Below are positions 45,486 through 56,425 of a stretch of DNA of 64,000 nt, piece by piece (position 1 is the first letter of the stretch; each line of letters opens with the position of its first letter). This DNA is from Fimicolochytrium jonesii (lineage: Eukaryota): positions 248,001 to 312,000 of the forward strand of contig NW_026515697.1 in NCBI RefSeq assembly GCF_025526975.1. The letters run 5' to 3'. The translations under genes were made by a program, and so were the position numbers. The notes below the pieces were generated by a model. It was given only the letters and a program-made list of their open reading frames with translations, had not been told where the DNA came from and did no database searches.

Positions 45486-48093
45486 TCAACTGCGATGATT
45501 CCGCCGTCTAAATGATGTACGAGATAGGGTAGCGGTGACGGTTGCAGGGGGTTTCGTCCTCGTGGGTGATCGCGTCAACGTGGTTGTGCTGCTGGCAAGC
45601 ATAATTGTCTTTGTCACCGAGCCCGTTGGACTCATCGTCGTTTTAGAAGGGGCTGCCGCGCTGGTAGTACGAAGTGTAATAGCCGGCGTCCTGGTGGTGC
45701 TGTGTTGCGTAGGCGTCGAGAAGATGTGAGGTTTGGTGGTGATTATGGCCGTTGTCATGCCCAAGCTTGTCGGGATCGTCGTCTTTTGAGTTGAGTTGAT
45801 GGCTGTAGTATGAGTAGCTACTGTAACGCTCGACGTAGTCGTCCTGACGACCGAACTGGTGGTGGGCAGGACCGGTCCGCCAACTCCCTCGCAGCGACGG
45901 AATCCGCTTTCCTGAGGTACCCGAAGTGGGGGGAGTGGCGGGGGGTTCCCTTGGTTGATACCATCTCCGCACACCCAGCCATAGCCCACACCAACGCTCA
46001 GATCTTTCTGAGCATTCGCGCAGCTCAGCTCCATGGGTTTCACCCGGCGGTGCCAGCCTGCCCGCACTGAATCTTTGTCGAGGGCTGCGATAGCGGCGGG
46101 ATGTGCAGAAGCCCATGATTTGATCGCGGAGAACATATCCTTTTGAAGCCTTGTTTTTTTCGGGGTGAGGAGCGACGATGGGTGATGGAAAACTTGCAAC
46201 GCTATGTTGACCGCGTCATCGAGCGCGGCAGGCGATGGATCGAACCAAGCTGTGACAACGGCGTTGGCCACATGCTCAACAATGACCTTGGCGACCAGGC
46301 CCGCTGGTTCGTTGAGGTGCAAGTCGAAATGATCCTTTGATATGATGGAGTGTGTTGGGTCCGTGGCATTGAAGGATGTGAAGATTTCCTGCTGATCCGG
46401 TGCCGCCGTCACCATGTCGGATAATTTCTGCAGAACCTCAACCGTCTCGATCAGAAGCGGGGTGGCGAGGGGCTCGATGAAGCTGTATATGATTCGCTGG
46501 AATAAAATTGAAACTTCCTGTTGAAGCCATCTGAAGCCGGGTATCCGATCAATGATCGCGGAAACTTTCTTCATGATCCTGTCCCGCAGTTCAAGCAGCC
46601 GCCATAGACGAGCGAGCACTTCCCGCTCTTCGTCGGTTAAACCGTCGTTGAGGGAGATCTTCAGAGGGTGGGTAAAATCGGAGAGAGTTTTTTCAATATC
46701 GTCGATGATGCTTTCCATCTCTTCGTCGAAGTGCGTAAGTTTCCGCAAAAGACCGATTAGGGTAGTCAATGTCGATAGGGGATCACGACGATGCAGGTGT
46801 GCTTCTTGCTTCATCTCCTTCATCAGCGACTGGATCTCAAGGGAGCCGATTTTGTCTTTGATCTCGCCCAGTAGCGAGTGGGCCAAATCCCACTGTCCAA
46901 AGGTACCGGTTGTGATGGGGTAGATAGGACGATAGCAACCTGCCCGCTTTGCGCTCGACGACAGCCAGTCAGGCAGCCAGTCTCTGACAGTCTCCCAAAC
47001 GCCGCTTTCGGCAGGCATAAAGTCGTACTTGATCGGTGCGAGCTCGCCGATGTATGGAAAGACATGGCGATATCCAAGCTCCGCCAAAGTCAGCTCCACG
47101 TAGTTGGTGTGAGCTGAGTAGTCCTCCAGCGTATGCAGGGCTTGTCCTAGTAACCTGAGACCATCCGTCTCATTTCCAGCGCGGTACCCTTGAATGGCCC
47201 GGGTTAGGGTTTTACGGATGGAAGCAGAGGACGTAGTCCAGTTTCCCTTCTCGTTGGCCATGTAATTTCTCAAGCCAGTTTTCCCGTCCACCTCAAGTTC
47301 ACGTGGGTCGATAGGGCCCCGAAGTTCGTCGTCATAAGTTCGAGCATCCAACGGATAGCCTGCAGATTCGAAATTCGGGGTTAGCCTCGTTATCGATAAT
47401 TTGACTGACACCGCTTTTCACCCGTCTTTGCCTGCTCGCTGACCATCTCTCTCCCATACCGCTCGAAGCTAACGACGCCCTACCTTTCGGGTTATCGACA
47501 TGTTCCTCGGCGCGATAGACACCTAACCGCTTCTGGGTGACTTGAAACTCATCGGTAACGAAGTGTGTTTCTTTGAAGGAAAGCAAGGCGACCACCAAAG
47601 TCAAGGCCTCACGAGGAAGGTGGCGAGAGAGAGTTCCCACATCAATGACCTGAGAATAGTCTCGCAACCAGTTGCCTGTTGAATGATAGGATAAGGAAAC
47701 ATCGCGGTTAGCGAAAAAACAAAAAAATCTGGAAGATGCAGGAAGAGCTCGTTTCGATTCCCGGCAGCCTACTCGTTACTTCTGCCGGCCGGTGGGTCGA
47801 CGGGGCCAACTATTTCTCGCAGTGAGACCGAGGCACTTCGGTCGTGGCACGGTGTCTGTAGCCGCATACTTACCAAAGTAGACCCTTTCCGTATCGAGGG
47901 AGTTGAACTTCTCTTCGAAATTCCAAAAGTGCTTCTTGGGCCTACGCCTCAAATCACGCAGTGTATCCTCGATGTCGCCGTGGCGAAACGCTTTGCCCTC
48001 GAGCGCTGAAGCGGGAGGGACATTCCCCGCATCGAAGGCGGAGACGCAGGACGTGGCCAACAGAAGCGCCACAAGGGTACGCATCCAGCGCAT
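45486..48093 (-). CDS. HET-C family protein with signal peptide and Thr-rich C-terminal tail, 3 exons
   Basis: AFDAGNVP..EGKAFRHGDIED, RVYFG|NWLRDYSQVIDVG, RLGVYRAEEHVDNPKG|Y, LRLLGQALHTLEDYSAHTNYVEL, TGTFG..D..HSLLGE and DPTHSIISKDHF..LNEPAG are HET-C hallmark motifs. Confidence 0.93.
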
Positions 48094-49881
48094 TGTACCT
48101 AAGCTTTCGGGCGAGAAGGAGAGCACCGGCGACGAGCGCACCCCTTCAGAGCCGTTCCTTTATGGGCCACGGACTCCATCGTCCAGCGGCGGCACGGAGT
48201 TCTTAGTTCATGATGATTCTTTCTGGGTTTCTGTGGAAGAGGAATGAAGGTTGACTATTTTTCGTAGGTTTCCCCACGATTGATGCCCGCGGGGCTGGAA
48301 AAGCACCTCGTTGTATGAATTTACCGGCCCTATCATGGAGAAAAGAATCAAAAGCGCAACGGTTTCATTGCGCTGATGACCGGGAGCCATACCTGCTTAC
48401 CTAAACTGCGCAGTCTCTCTGCACGCGCAATCATCTATGGTAGCAGGCATTTCATCAATTTCAAGTCAGCGTTTGGTCTCGATTCGCATGCCGCTCACAC
48501 TTCAGGCCCCTCTTGAGGTGATCTCCCCGTGTTCCTGCACACGCGACATCTACGCTTGCCTGCAAAGAACGCTGAAGTGGATCTGGAGCCCCTCGGCTCA
48601 TTTTTATTGACGGGCGGACATTCGATCGCGCTCGAAGTCTCCACCGCTCCAAAGATCGCAGTACTTTTTGGATAACCATCCAGGCGGGAAATGGGAGGAT
48701 TGTGTGAATTTTCTTGTCGAGAAAGCGGTGGAATGTGCGGGGGATAATGCCATGCAAAGAGCTATCACCCGCTGTTTGAACGTGCGTTTCTGAGCCTCGC
48801 CCTGCTCTTGCAGATAAATAATCCTGCCATGTATTTGCTTCGGAAAAGAGCCCCGATTCTTTCGCTCAAGCACTGCGTGCACACCATCCGGCCAAAAAGG
48901 GGGTGACGGCAGCCGTTCAGCTCCAAAACAACCTTTATAAGCTGATTGGTCAACAGACCGCGCTCATCGGTTCGGGAGTGGCCTCGGGACACCAAGATAT
49001 CGTCCAAGCTTTGCTTGAGTCACCTCCTACTCCGATTGCCAAACGCACCAGAAATAAGCTTAGAGGACAAAGTCGCCGCTAGAAGACACAGATATAGGAA
49101 CAGAGTTAAAACGCGAGGAGGTAGACTACGAGAACGACTTTACGGAGGGCATAGAGGTACGCGTACCGTATGTGAAGTTTCTGTGACATCACAATTAGCA
49201 AGCCGTTCGAGCAGAAATTCACCGAAGAAGCAAAAACGCTGTGGCTTCAATATCTTGCTGCAATTCAAATTTTTTTTTTAGCATGGCTCGATCAACCAAC
49301 GACCAGTATATAGCTCAAAGAGGACGCCATCTTTGCATCCTTTCAAAGTGGTTTGTGACTGACACCAGCGAGGTTGAGATACCGATACTTATCGGCAGCA
49401 AGACGTTTTTCGACATCAGCACGCAATACATGTGTCAGACAATCACCATCAATCAATCGGCCTTACGTCTCATGGCAAGCGACTTCAACCCGATAAGAGC
49501 GCTTTGTCGTGTTCGTACGAAATGGTCCGCGTTATGGGACTCGCAGAATCACGGTTCAAGAAATGGTCCGAGACCACACAATATGTTGTTGCTAACTCAA
49601 TCTTGGCAGACATCGCATTCTCTTTCGAACAAGGACACCGCTTCTCTGTCGAGTGAAAGTTCGCCAGGACGCAAAACGTCCTCGAGACATCCGACTCTTG
49701 CACGTTCTCATCGCCAACTTAATACCAATCCGACGCCAACGCGTAAAGTGGCTCGGAATCAACTGGACCAACTGCAAAGCTACTGGACCAACTGGCCCGA
49801 CTTCTCTCGCTGAATTATACCTCCCGCGAGTGCATATCGTCTTCGGCTCCGATCGTCGGTGAGCGTTTGAGCTCATCCAAC

Positions 49882-50865
49882 CTATTCACTAGGGCTAACT
49901 GTATGGTAACGATAACTGTATGGTTGCGAACTATCAAAACTCCTCTCACGATTCTTAAGCGTGTGGTTCCGACAGCAGGCTGTGAGGGAGTTCAATCGCC
50001 GGACACTGCTGGTCATTGCATTGAGTAGTGCTAGCATGGCCGGCCGGCCACTGTCGAGAACCCGGTCGGCAATCCTGACCAAGTCGGAAACATCCAGCTG
50101 AACAGTGCGCTGCATGCAGGCTGCAGCTGCGGCAGAAGGCTGATGCCACGATTCCCCTAGATATGGCTTCAACGCCGACGCATGTGCCATGCGGGCATTT
50201 TCCACAAGGTCGCCAAGTGCAGCGCAGTCTTGTTCATCGTCAAGATCAATAATTTTTTTCCACAGCAGCCTGCACAAGTAGCAATCTGAGCGTGACGGAG
50301 GCATACTAGGTTGAGAGTTGTCGAAGCTTACCGGTTCGCCGATTTGGCTGCTTTCTTCCACACCTCATCCGCTTTGCTTGTCCAAACCGATGTGTGTTCG
50401 GGGCCAACTGGTGCACAAGCTCCATCTGCCAGATCCGGGTCTTCTATAGCTGCGCCTTCCACTTCGGCACTCAGCGCGGCCTTTTCCGGCCTCGGCAGGC
50501 TGCCTTCAGCTTCCGGTGAAAAGCGTACCCAGCTGGGTGTATCGGGCGAAGGCACTCGCAGGCCAGCTGGATGGTTTGCGGACTCCAAGTTGTCGGCAAA
50601 TCGCGGCCCGCTGGCTTCCTGCAATTGGTGGAGGTCCTTCTGGTCCAACTTGAGGACGTATCTGGTCGTCTCGCTGGCCACCTTGCGGCCTGCTTCTTCG
50701 GCGCGCAGATGCACTGTTCTTAAGCGCTCATACTCGTCACCCGGCCCAGATGCGGCCTTCTGCAGCGAGAAAGACAATTACGGACATTTGGCAGGGTTCT
50801 TCAACCAAGAGCTCGCGAGCGCTCTCAACAATCTTCAGCGCGTCCGTCCGGGTGGTGACAAACAT
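49882..50865 (-). pseudogene. Degenerate spliced gene of unknown function
   Basis: Protein-like ORFs 50328-50777 and 49882-50361 with a GTAAGC donor at their junction. The 5' part appears frameshifted and no family was recognised. Confidence 0.3.
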
Positions 50866-51400
50866 TTCAAAATGCCAAAATCTGCGAGCTGCTGCTGAAT
50901 CTCAGCAGCATATCACGTGACCCCGCACTAGTGACGACGCGCAGTGGAGTTTGGCGAGTTTGGCCCTGCGTCCGCGTCCGTCCGTCGGGCCGGCGCGTCG
51001 TCCTCCTCTCTCTTGCTGCTCGCGCCCCTTGTCCTGCAAAATCGAATTTGCGTCTCAGTTGCATCTCTCTCTTGTTGCTAAATTGGCGTCACTGTTTCCC
51101 TGATCCCACAGGCACCCTAAGGGGGCGTCGATACCGCTGCAACCCCAGGGCAACGGCAGTTCCACTGTTCGGCAAAATGGCTAGCCAATGGGGCTACGTC
51201 CTCCTGCGGTGATGGAGCTACATCCTCCGCCCGAGCACAACCTGCTATGCTCAAATCCAACGAGATCCTGCCGTACCCTCGCGCTTCTTGCCAAGGCAGA
51301 AGGTTGTTGGCGATCGGCGGTTTGTCGTCAAAAATGTCATTTTTCAACATTTAATCAATCTAGTTTCCCCTTTCTCCCCTAACCCTAACCCTGCAAACAG

Positions 51401-51994
51401 CGCAGATTCACATTAGCACCGCCGCCATATCAATCGCGCTGAGAGCCGACCTTGGGCCGCTCCCGCTATTGGATATCACGTTAGTCGAGGCTCACTTGTT
51501 TGCAAAGCATAGAAACTAATACCAACTGTAAACCTAGGTCGCGCATCGAGGTGATCGGACGCTACGACGAGTCACATTACAGAGTCGTTGCAGGGCGCGA
51601 AGATGACAGCACAGTATCAAAGTACATGATCATTGACGGTGGGCATCGAGTCAAGGCCGCGAGCCAGTTGAACGCCAAATTTCAGGATGAACGGAAAATT
51701 TCCACAGTGGGCCTTCCATTAGCTGGCAGCGCGCTGTACCATTGGTTGCTAATCAAAACCTTGGGTTTTGCACATCCAGCTGCCGGCCTTTGTACTCCGC
51801 TCGGACATGCCGGGATGGAGCGCGTGCAGTTAGCCATCTCGCTCAACCTGACGACCCAGTCCACTACGCCGGACACGTATGCCGATAACCTGTTGATGAT
51901 AAACCGCTTGATGAACATCCGCATGGCTGAGCTAGGAAAAGAACCCACTTTGGAGATCCTCGCCGCGGACTGTCGGGCAACGGGAATGAAGTAA
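51401..51994 (+). pseudogene. ParB/sulfiredoxin-like domain gene fragment with spliceosomal introns
   Basis: ISTAAISIAL..|..KYMIIDGGHRVKAASQL followed by ERVQLAISLN..DTYADNL matches the IIDGxHRxxA and ExxxxAxxxN motifs of ParB-like NTPase domains. Downstream sequence (52-53.5 kb) is decayed. Confidence 0.55.
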
Positions 51995-53910
51995 GTCGCG
52001 GGTTCTAGTATGGCATCTATCCGCCGGATAGCTCACGCAACTCTGCGCAGGATAGCCGGACCTTCCCTTGGGCACAATCGCCATGTGATAAAAGCAGGGC
52101 CTCGCGCTTTGAAGCTCATTTGCAACATGTTTGCAGAAGAGCCAAAGCGGTTTTTGCCAAGGTAAGCTTTGGACCCAAAAATTCAGCCAATCCATTGTTT
52201 ACCCGGGGAGGCAGCGGAAGGCCCGGGTTGTTACAATCACCGTTTTCCCTTTCTCTTGACTTGATTGCCCGCTTGCCGAGCCGCCACAGACTGTGGACCC
52301 TCGGGAAGACTGCAAACACGCGGGTGTGGCATTGGATGGAACATGAGTTTCATAGCCGTTATTAGTTGGGTCGTGCCTCGTGCTGCCTGCCAGCATGAGG
52401 AGTGGCCGGTCGGGGCGACCGCGTAAGGCGTCCTAGGCGTGGTGGCCCCTCTTGAGAGCCGCTGCACACGTCCATCCCACTCCACTGGGACTGACCCCTT
52501 TGAAATTGCTGAACATAACAGCGTGCTGCGTAAACCATTTGTGTCCTGCCATTAATATTGCGGTCCTGCGGGACGAGCTTTTTCTTTCACCTTAGAACAT
52601 GAAAGTTGAGCGCTAGCAAACCACCACATCCAAGCCGCGGCAGCTGTACCACTGCGAACAAAGCTTGCTAAAGACTACCGGTCGCATTCGTGGACATAAT
52701 GTACGTCACCGAGCCGCGAATTAATGGCTTTGCCGCCATGCAGGGTCCAAGCGCTACCAACGTGTGGATACGGACTATCGCTGTCGGGCCCGAAAGCTGC
52801 TGGACGCCACAAAAGAGGAATCGCAGGTGGCCTCCTTTGGACCTGAAGGGAGGAGGACAGATTCCAAATTCCAAAAGCCCGATGTTCTTGCGCAAAGGAC
52901 CTCACGGAACGTCAATTCTCGACATCCCGTCCGTCCTTATCTTGTACAACGGCGAGCCGCTCGATGAAAAGACCATCCTGCTGCGGTCGTCGGAGGTTCT
53001 GCCGCCTGCGGCCGTGAAGCTCCTTGACGTACTTGGCGACAAGGAGACGAAACGTGATATTTCAAATAACATGGTCATGCAAGGCGACCTTCCCGCGGCC
53101 TTCACCTTCATTCATAATCATGCTAAGTTGACGCAAGCACTGGCAATTGCTCTTATCTCAGAGGTATGCATTGCCACCTTCCCTGCGGACCCTTGTGGGG
53201 GACTGAGTTGCCGCACTGCCTGCGCTATCCCTTTGGCCGCAGGCCGCGTGTCTCACATGTCTTCTATCCGCCGGATATATACGCTGTCTCAGCGGTACCC
53301 CATTGAAACGCCGGGTCTCGAGAATCAAATTCTTCAGAAGTATTGTCGCACGCGCGAAACGGAAACGAATGGCCCTCAGCAAGAACTGCTACCGTTGACG
53401 CAAATCGAGCTTAGGATGGAGCACCTCACCCGTCCTATAAACCCTGTCCGGGTCGAGAGGATTGTGTAAGTTGGGAACATCGGAAACACTCAAAGGGTGG
53501 AACAATTCACTTACTCGCCTTCATTCCGATTCACAGCGGCAATCTGAACCAAACAAGAGAGTTTGATTTCACCAAGCCACTGGTTGTCGTTGCCAAAGAG
53601 AATGAAGACGGAGAGATTGCAGACGAGGCTGCCAAATATTACATGCTGGGCGGCGCACACCGCTACACAGCTTTGCAAGAATACAACTCTGCGGCCGCAG
53701 CGGGCTCCCGCATCTTGAAGGTTAGTGTCTGTTATGGACAACTATTGTCCCACTGACAGTGACGGCAAAGAACAACGCGCGTGTATCTAAATGCTAATGC
53801 GTGTGAAGCTCCACTTATGGCCTAGCCTCGACGCGTGCGCTGAAGTTCAAGCCATTGTTCAAGAAAGCACTGTTGTAGTCTATGCCCTCCGGAGGCTCCC
53901 CAGAAGTATA

Positions 53911-54200
53911 CACTACGGGACACGCAGATCCATTTATTCACGCGTAATTGATCCATAACCGGTTTACGGCATTCAAAGCAAACTTACGCCTATGTCTCCA
54001 TATATGGATCAATACGTGTCCATTTACGGACCTTAATGTATGAATACGGATCCGTACATGATCCATTTATCACATGTATAACCTTACATGCATAGCATAA
54101 ATATGTATATAAAACAATGGATGTGAGTCCCAACACCGATCTGCATGCATTGCACCCTGAGATCAGCCAATGCCCTCGTAGATCCAGATCCATGATTGAG
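53911..54200. mobile_element. Possible CACTA/CMC DNA-transposon terminus with subterminal repeats
   Basis: Starts CACTACGGGA. It is followed by AT-rich DNA with GATCCAT/ATGGATC-type motifs in both orientations (about 53927, 53950, 54004, 54048, 54060, 54181-54193). No matched partner end with a TSD was seen. Confidence 0.35.
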
Positions 54201-55010
54201 ATGAACTGTGATGTGGACCACCTTCCACACGGGTTGTATAACAGGTGTTCGTATACAATAACTACTTCGCTGTAAGATATTGTAGACGGACTGGGTGTTC
54301 GCCGACGCTGCTATTCGATATGTAGTAGAAGAACTACTTATTGTGAATAGGAACGCGGGGCGAGCACTGTTAAAGTACCCGTGAGGCCAGAGTCAACTGG
54401 AGAACACACTCCTGCGAGGCGATAATCAAATTATCCCCTCGGACGCGCCTAACATACACTGTTTGTTTGCCTGACATACACTGTATGTGCACGTCGTTCT
54501 CCAACTTGTTAGCAGGTCAGTTGGCAGAGATAGCAAGAGATGAACGGTAATGCATAGGATAGACGATGTCCTATATGAAGTCTTGTCTAAAGTGCAAACG
54601 GGAAGTTTGTTGAGGGGAAGAAAAGGGAAGTCACGTACGCGTAACCAAGGCGCACGCGGGAGAGGAGTCACGTGAGTAAATAAACTACGGGGAAGGTAGG
54701 AAGAACGGGGAAGACCGGGAAACCCTACTAGAACCCTAACCAGGGGCTCGGGAGGATGTACCTCCAACACCCCCACGCAAACTCACGAGTCTATCTAAGT
54801 GAAAGACAATGAGAAACAATGGCGGCCGTACGCGAAGCGCGTACGGTCGTGGTGATGACTATCTATGAATAGAGTGAAAGGAAAAATGAAAGAAGTAGTG
54901 ACGCCGCAAGCATAAAAGAAACAAGGCGACGTGTCAGTCGTCCAAAACCCAAGACCGACAAACCAAGAAGTAAACTCGGCACACAAACACACTCTCTGCT
55001 CCGCGATACG

Positions 55011-55757
55011 ATGGCAAAAGACGGAAAGAAAGGTGGAAACGGGGGAAAGAAGGGCGGCGCTAGCGGTAGCGGTGCGCCCAGAGTCAACCAAATGGCACGG
55101 AAATCAGTGCGTCCGTCGGTCCCGCCGCCACTCCCGTCCGCTACGGTCCCGACTACGGCTCCGCCTCCCAGGCGCGTAACGCGCACGTCCACTGTGGCTG
55201 CTGCCGCGAGTCCTTCTGCGATGTTGAAACGTCCTAAGGAAGTGTTGCGTGTGGCAACCGACGCTGCTGTAATCAAGTTCCGCAAAGACAACGCCGACAA
55301 CCTCCAAAAGCGTAGGGCACGAGTGGAGGAGAATGTGGCGAGGTTGTAAAGGCAAATGAAGAGGGCGAAGGCAAAGGGAAGGGATTTGGGGGCTTTCGAT
55401 TTCGAGGAGTTGACGGCGAAGGCGGATGTGCTAGCTCTAGATAAGATAGATGAAGCGCGGGCGGCCTCGGATGCCAGAAAAGAGAAAGGAACAAAGGGAT
55501 CGGTGACAGATGCAAAGCGCCGGGAGGATGCAGCCGAGAGGAAGAAACGGGATAAGTTGTTGGAAAGGTTGGAGTACCTTAAAAAACATATGGATGAAGA
55601 ATCATCCGATGACGACCGTGGGAATGGTGGCGGAGGTGGCGGTCCCGGTCCGAGGGGTCCGCCTGGTCCAGGCGGAGCTGGAGGAGGAGGTGCGGGAGGT
55701 GGTGGTGCCGTTGGAGCAGCTGGTGCAATGATACCGGTAGGCATCGCGGCCGGGTAA
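55011..55757 (+). pseudogene. Intronless basic coiled-coil ORF with histone-tail-like N-terminus, one premature stop
   Basis: ORFs 55011-55349 and 55356-55757 are the same frame split by a single TAA (55347-55349). N-terminus MAKDGKKGGNGGKKGG..RVNQMARKSV; Gly/Pro-rich C-terminus. Confidence 0.55.
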
Positions 55758-55873
55758 AATTGTATGTCCAGCCATCTCTGTTTGTTTAAACTCCGCGTCA
55801 TTCGGGCGTAGTGCGCGCAAGTTGTCGGTTACTGGCCACACGCCCTGCTCGTATGTCGTCAATGAACTTTGTG

Positions 55874-56425
55874 TGTTATGGACGACGCGCCCATACCATA
55901 AGCTTACCTACTGACAGCCGCCAATGTGAACCGCCAATGTCAAACGCCAATGTCAATGTCAATGTCAGTGTCAGTGTCAACGTCAGTGTCAATGTCAATG
56001 TCAATGTCAATGTCACTCCCCCTCTCTCCTCTCATTTTGCCAATCCTCCCGCAATATCGCCGCTCCTCCTCTCTCCTCTCATTTTGCCAATCCCCCCTCG
56101 GCTTCTCCACATCCCCCACTACTTCTCCATAGCCAGCAGCTGTAGCAATGCCCTCTACGCTCGCCACGCACGCTCTAGCAGCATAGCTGGCACCCCCCCC
56201 CAGTCCCCTCTTGTTGTTGTTGTTCTCTGGCCTGCTGGGTTGCCTATCTATAAATAGCCGGTCTCTCTTCGTCCATTCCCTTCCTCCCCAGCAGATCAAC
56301 ACCAGTTCTTCTCGTCTCTTGTTCTAGTCCTTGTCTCTTGTTTCGCCAATACAATCTCTTGTTGCCTATCACTCTCGCCTTGTCTTCTCTACTTCGCTTC
56401 CGCCTCAGCCGTCGAGATCATAACA
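55874..56425 (+). mobile_element. Solo LTR of the downstream chromovirus family
   Basis: TGTTATG...CATAACA termini. Colinear and highly similar to LTR 57430-57969, with an internal (A[A/G]TGTC)n hexamer array and TATAAATA. Confidence 0.95.

Noticed and set aside
48400..49860. Coding-like fragments on the plus strand (YFLDNHPGGKWEDCVNFL...)
   Set aside because: Cannot be assembled or assigned to a family.
45114..51392. TTAGGG at 45114 and CCCTAA at 51377 as ends of a telomere-capped linear element
   Set aside because: Orientation is the reverse of a capped element, and the short CCCTAA pair coincides with an intron branch point (CTAAC..CAG).
53164..53242. ADPCGG..AAGR resembling methyltransferase motif I downstream of the ParB-like domain
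   Set aside because: It lies in what reads as an intron (GTATGC donor, CTGAG branch, CGCAG acceptor), and no DPPY/NPPY motif was found.
54863..55801. 312-aa minus-strand ORF
   Set aside because: Antisense shadow of the plus-strand basic ORF; poly-Pro/Phe composition mirrors Gly/Lys codons.
55806..55813. GCGTAGTG as the right TIR matching CACTACG at 53911
   Set aside because: Only 7 bp match, no subterminal repeats, and flanks ATA/CGC give no TSD.
55948..56015. Short-period repeats as a CRISPR-like array or a poly-VN/CQ protein
   Set aside because: Plain hexamer microsatellite inside each LTR with no spacers; the overlapping ORFs are artefacts.
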